Below the pieces are notes generated by a model, which made no database searches, was not told the DNA's origin, and saw nothing but the letters and a program-made list of their open reading frames with translations. The translations under genes were made by a program, and so were the position numbers. Positions 29,889-32,000 of a stretch of 32,000 bases of DNA are shown piece by piece. The stretch's first letter is position 1; each line of letters opens with the position of its first letter. The stretch is from Nitrosospira multiformis ATCC 25196 (lineage in GTDB: Bacteria > Pseudomonadota > Gammaproteobacteria > Burkholderiales > Nitrosomonadaceae): assembly GCF_000196355.1 (NCBI RefSeq), contig NC_007614.1:900001-932000 (forward strand), in the 5' to 3' direction.

Positions 29889-30104
29889 CTAAAAACCGCA
29901 AAGTTTGTAGGTTTCCGCTATGCGGATTATCTGTTTTTGTCCCTCCTTGCGCTCTGGGGTCGCAAGGAGGTCGAAGAGTTCGAATTTGTAGAGGTAACCG
30001 CAAGACTCGGGCTTTCCGTAAGGGAGTTGTAGTGATAGAAAAAAGAATAATCCGAGTCGGGAACCGCTCCAGCCTGTATGGCTGGACGAGATGGGATGTT
30101 TCAT
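29889..30104 (-). CDS. Possible small ORF (71 aa) in the hisA-hisF spacer, coding status doubtful
   Basis: Its ATG overlaps the hisA stop as TGATG. It has one hydrophobic stretch (LGLFFFLSL). I recognise no family, and the region is also rich in inverted repeats. Confidence 0.2.
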   Translation of the reverse strand: MKHPISSSHTGWSGSRLGLFFFLSLQLPYGKPESCGYLYKFELFDLLATPERKEGQKQIIRIAETYKLCGF

Positions 30105-30877
30105 CAAAAGAGAATTGTCGTATCCCTGGGGCTTGATTGGGTGCTTAGCTCATCCGCCAGCTCCTGGGCTACCTTGAAGTCGAGCGTCCCTTCATAAATG
30201 GCGCGTCCCGTTATTGCACCTGCAATACCTTCCGGTTCCATCTCGCACAGTGCCTTGACGTCATCAAGGCTGCTCACGCCGCCACTGGCAATGACGGGAA
30301 TCGTCAGCGCCCTGGCCAGCTCCAGGGTCGCCTTCAGATTGACACCGCTCAACATGCCATCGCGCCCGATATCGGTATAGATGATTGCCTCCACGCCATA
30401 GTCTTCGAATTTTTTCGCAAGATCCACCACGTCATGCCCCGTCACCTTGGACCAGCCATTGACCGCCACCTTGCCGTCCTTTGCATCCAGCCCGACCATG
30501 ATATGACCTGGAAAAGCATTGCACGCGTCGTGCAGGAATCCGGGGGTTTTTACTGCGGCTGTGCCGATGATGATGTAGGTAATACCGTCATCGAGGTAAC
30601 GTTCGATGGTTTCCAGATCACGTATGCCGCCGCCGAGTTGAGTCGGAATCTCATCCCCGATGGCATCTACGATGTCGCGGATTGCCAGCTCGTTCTTCGG
30701 TTTGCCCGCAAACGCGCCATTCAGGTCTACCAGATGCAGTCTTCTGGCGCCTTGATCCAGCCAATGCCTGGCCATGGCAGCAGGATCTTCAGAAAATACA
30801 GTAACGTTTTCCATCACACCCTGTTTCAGCCGTACACAGTGACCGTCTTTCAAATCTATAGCGGGAATGATAAGCAT
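30104..30877 (-). CDS. hisA: ProFAR isomerase (1-(5-phosphoribosyl)-5-[(5-phosphoribosylamino)methylideneamino]imidazole-4-carboxamide isomerase)
   Basis: 257-aa [25 protein letters not shown]...; HisA. Confidence 0.96.
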   Translation of the reverse strand: MLIIPAIDLKDGHCVRLKQGVMENVTVFSEDPAAMARHWLDQGARRLHLVDLNGAFAGKPKNELAIRDIVDAIGDEIPTQLGGGIRDLETIERYLDDGITYIIIGTAAVKTPGFLHDACNAFPGHIMVGLDAKDGKVAVNGWSKVTGHDVVDLAKKFEDYGVEAIIYTDIGRDGMLSGVNLKATLELARALTIPVIASGGVSSLDDVKALCEMEPEGIAGAITGRAIYEGTLDFKVAQELADELSTQSSPRDTTILF

Positions 30878-30941
30878 TTTGAATCAGGATAAAAATGAAT
30901 TGAGTTTCAGAATTCGTAGCGCGCAAACCTTCTAACGTTTC

Positions 30942-31580
30942 TCAAACGGGCTTCCAGCGGACAAAGTTACCGAGGAGCGTCAGGCCGGCCGCGTGGCTCT
31001 TTTCGGGGTGGAACTGTACGGCAAAAATGTTATCTTTCGCCACCGCACAAGTAAAAGAAAAGGGGTAAGCACTGTGACCCGCCGAATCGGCGTCAGCGGG
31101 TTCGACATAGTAGCTGTGCACGAAATAAAAGCGCGAATCATTGGCAATGTTTTTCCAGAGGGAATGCCCGACCGACTGATGGACCTGATTCCAACCCATG
31201 TGCGGCACCTTGAGTTTCTGCCCTTTTTCATCTTTCATCGCACTTGCGGGAAAACGCTTTACCCTTCCCGGCACGATACCGAGCCCGGAGACATTGCCCT
31301 CCTCGCTGCTGTCGAACAGCATTTGCAGGCCGATGCAGATACCCAGGAATGGTTTGTTGGCGGCTGCGTCCCGCACGGCTTCGCGCAATCCGAGCCGGTC
31401 CAGTTCACGCAGGCAGTCCGGCATGGCGCCCTGCCCGGGAACGACCACGCGCTCCGCTTTCCGCACTACTTCAGGGTTATTGGTGACAGCGATGACAGCC
31501 TCGGGGGCGACATGTTCCAGTGCTTTGGCTACGGAACGCAGGTTTCCCATGCCGTAGTCAACAATTGCAATATCAGTCAT
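30942..31580 (-). CDS. hisH: Imidazole glycerol phosphate synthase glutaminase subunit
   Basis: 212-aa ORF MTDIAIVDYGMGNLRSVAKALEHV...GICIGLQML...FHPEKS; class-I amidotransferase triad context. Confidence 0.96.
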   Translation of the reverse strand: MTDIAIVDYGMGNLRSVAKALEHVAPEAVIAVTNNPEVVRKAERVVVPGQGAMPDCLRELDRLGLREAVRDAAANKPFLGICIGLQMLFDSSEEGNVSGLGIVPGRVKRFPASAMKDEKGQKLKVPHMGWNQVHQSVGHSLWKNIANDSRFYFVHSYYVEPADADSAGHSAYPFSFTCAVAKDNIFAVQFHPEKSHAAGLTLLGNFVRWKPV

Positions 31581-31603
31581 ACCGCATCTATGAGTGTGGG
31601 AAA

Positions 31604-32000
31604 TTACAGAGTGCCTTTGGTGGAGGGTATTGCACCCGCTGCCCGCGGATCGGCTTCCACCGCCATGCGCAGCGCGCGCCCGAACGCCTTGAATATGGTT
31701 TCCGCCTGGTGATGCGCATTTGTGCCCGATAAGTTGTCGATATGCAGGGTAACCATGGCGTGGTTGACAAAACCCCGGAAAAATTCGCTGATGAGATCGA
31801 CATCGAATTCCCCGATACGCGCCCGCACAAACTCGACATTGAACTCCATTCCGGGGCGGCCGGATAGATCGATCACCACCCGGGAGAGGGCTTCGTCCAG
31901 GGGCACGTAGGAATGGCCGTAGCGGCGCAAGCCGCTCTTGGTTCCAACCGCCTGGGTGAATGCCTGCCCAAAAGTGATGCCGATATCTTCCACCGTGTGG
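31604..32000 (-). CDS. hisB: Imidazoleglycerol-phosphate dehydratase, C-terminal part (gene continues beyond window)
   Basis: The frame is open to the window edge and reads ...[14 protein letters not shown]...[26 protein letters not shown]...; HisB motifs. Confidence 0.92.

Overview
The window looks like chromosomal DNA from a betaproteobacterial ammonia oxidiser. The AmoC, AmoA, AmoB and HAO sequences look Nitrosospira-like, but that is judged from memory because no search was possible. Layout by region follows. (1) 1-9.6 kb, + strand: the tail of the S10 operon, then the complete spc and alpha ribosomal-protein operons (rplP fragment, rpmC, rpsQ; rplN-rplX-rplE-rpsN-rpsH-rplF-rplR-rpsE-rpmD-rplO-secY-infA-rpmJ; rpsM-rpsK-rpsD-rpoA-rplQ), ending in a clean rho-independent terminator. 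(2) 9.6-13.2 kb: a visibly lower-GC stretch with two orphan genes (a small 2-TM protein and a 153-aa soluble protein), an NDH-2-like flavoprotein and gluQ. (3) 13.2-24.1 kb: amoCAB on + converges on hao-haoB-cycA-cycB on -, with only a MocR/GabR-type regulator between them. Both modules are clearly more GC-rich than their flanks. (4) 24.1-32 kb: a Nif3/YbgI-like gene, a DegS/AlgW-like protease, tatC-tatB-tatA, a HIT protein and hisE-hisI-hisF-hisA-hishH-hisB(partial) on the - strand (hisH is the gene at 30942-31580). I saw no rRNA, tRNA, CRISPR array, transposase or integrase. I do not see a convincing new multi-gene system such as a defence island. The main unexplained signals are listed here. 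A ~76-bp element is shared by the hao and cycA upstream regions, with 9-bp and 48-bp slippage expansions beside one copy. Hairpins and GGAAGC repeats flank amoC. HAO carries a sorting-signal-like C-terminal tail and cM552 a poly-acidic tail. The embedded MocR regulator, the orphan gene pair at 9.7-10.6 kb and a structured spacer with a coupled small ORF between hisA and hisF complete the list.
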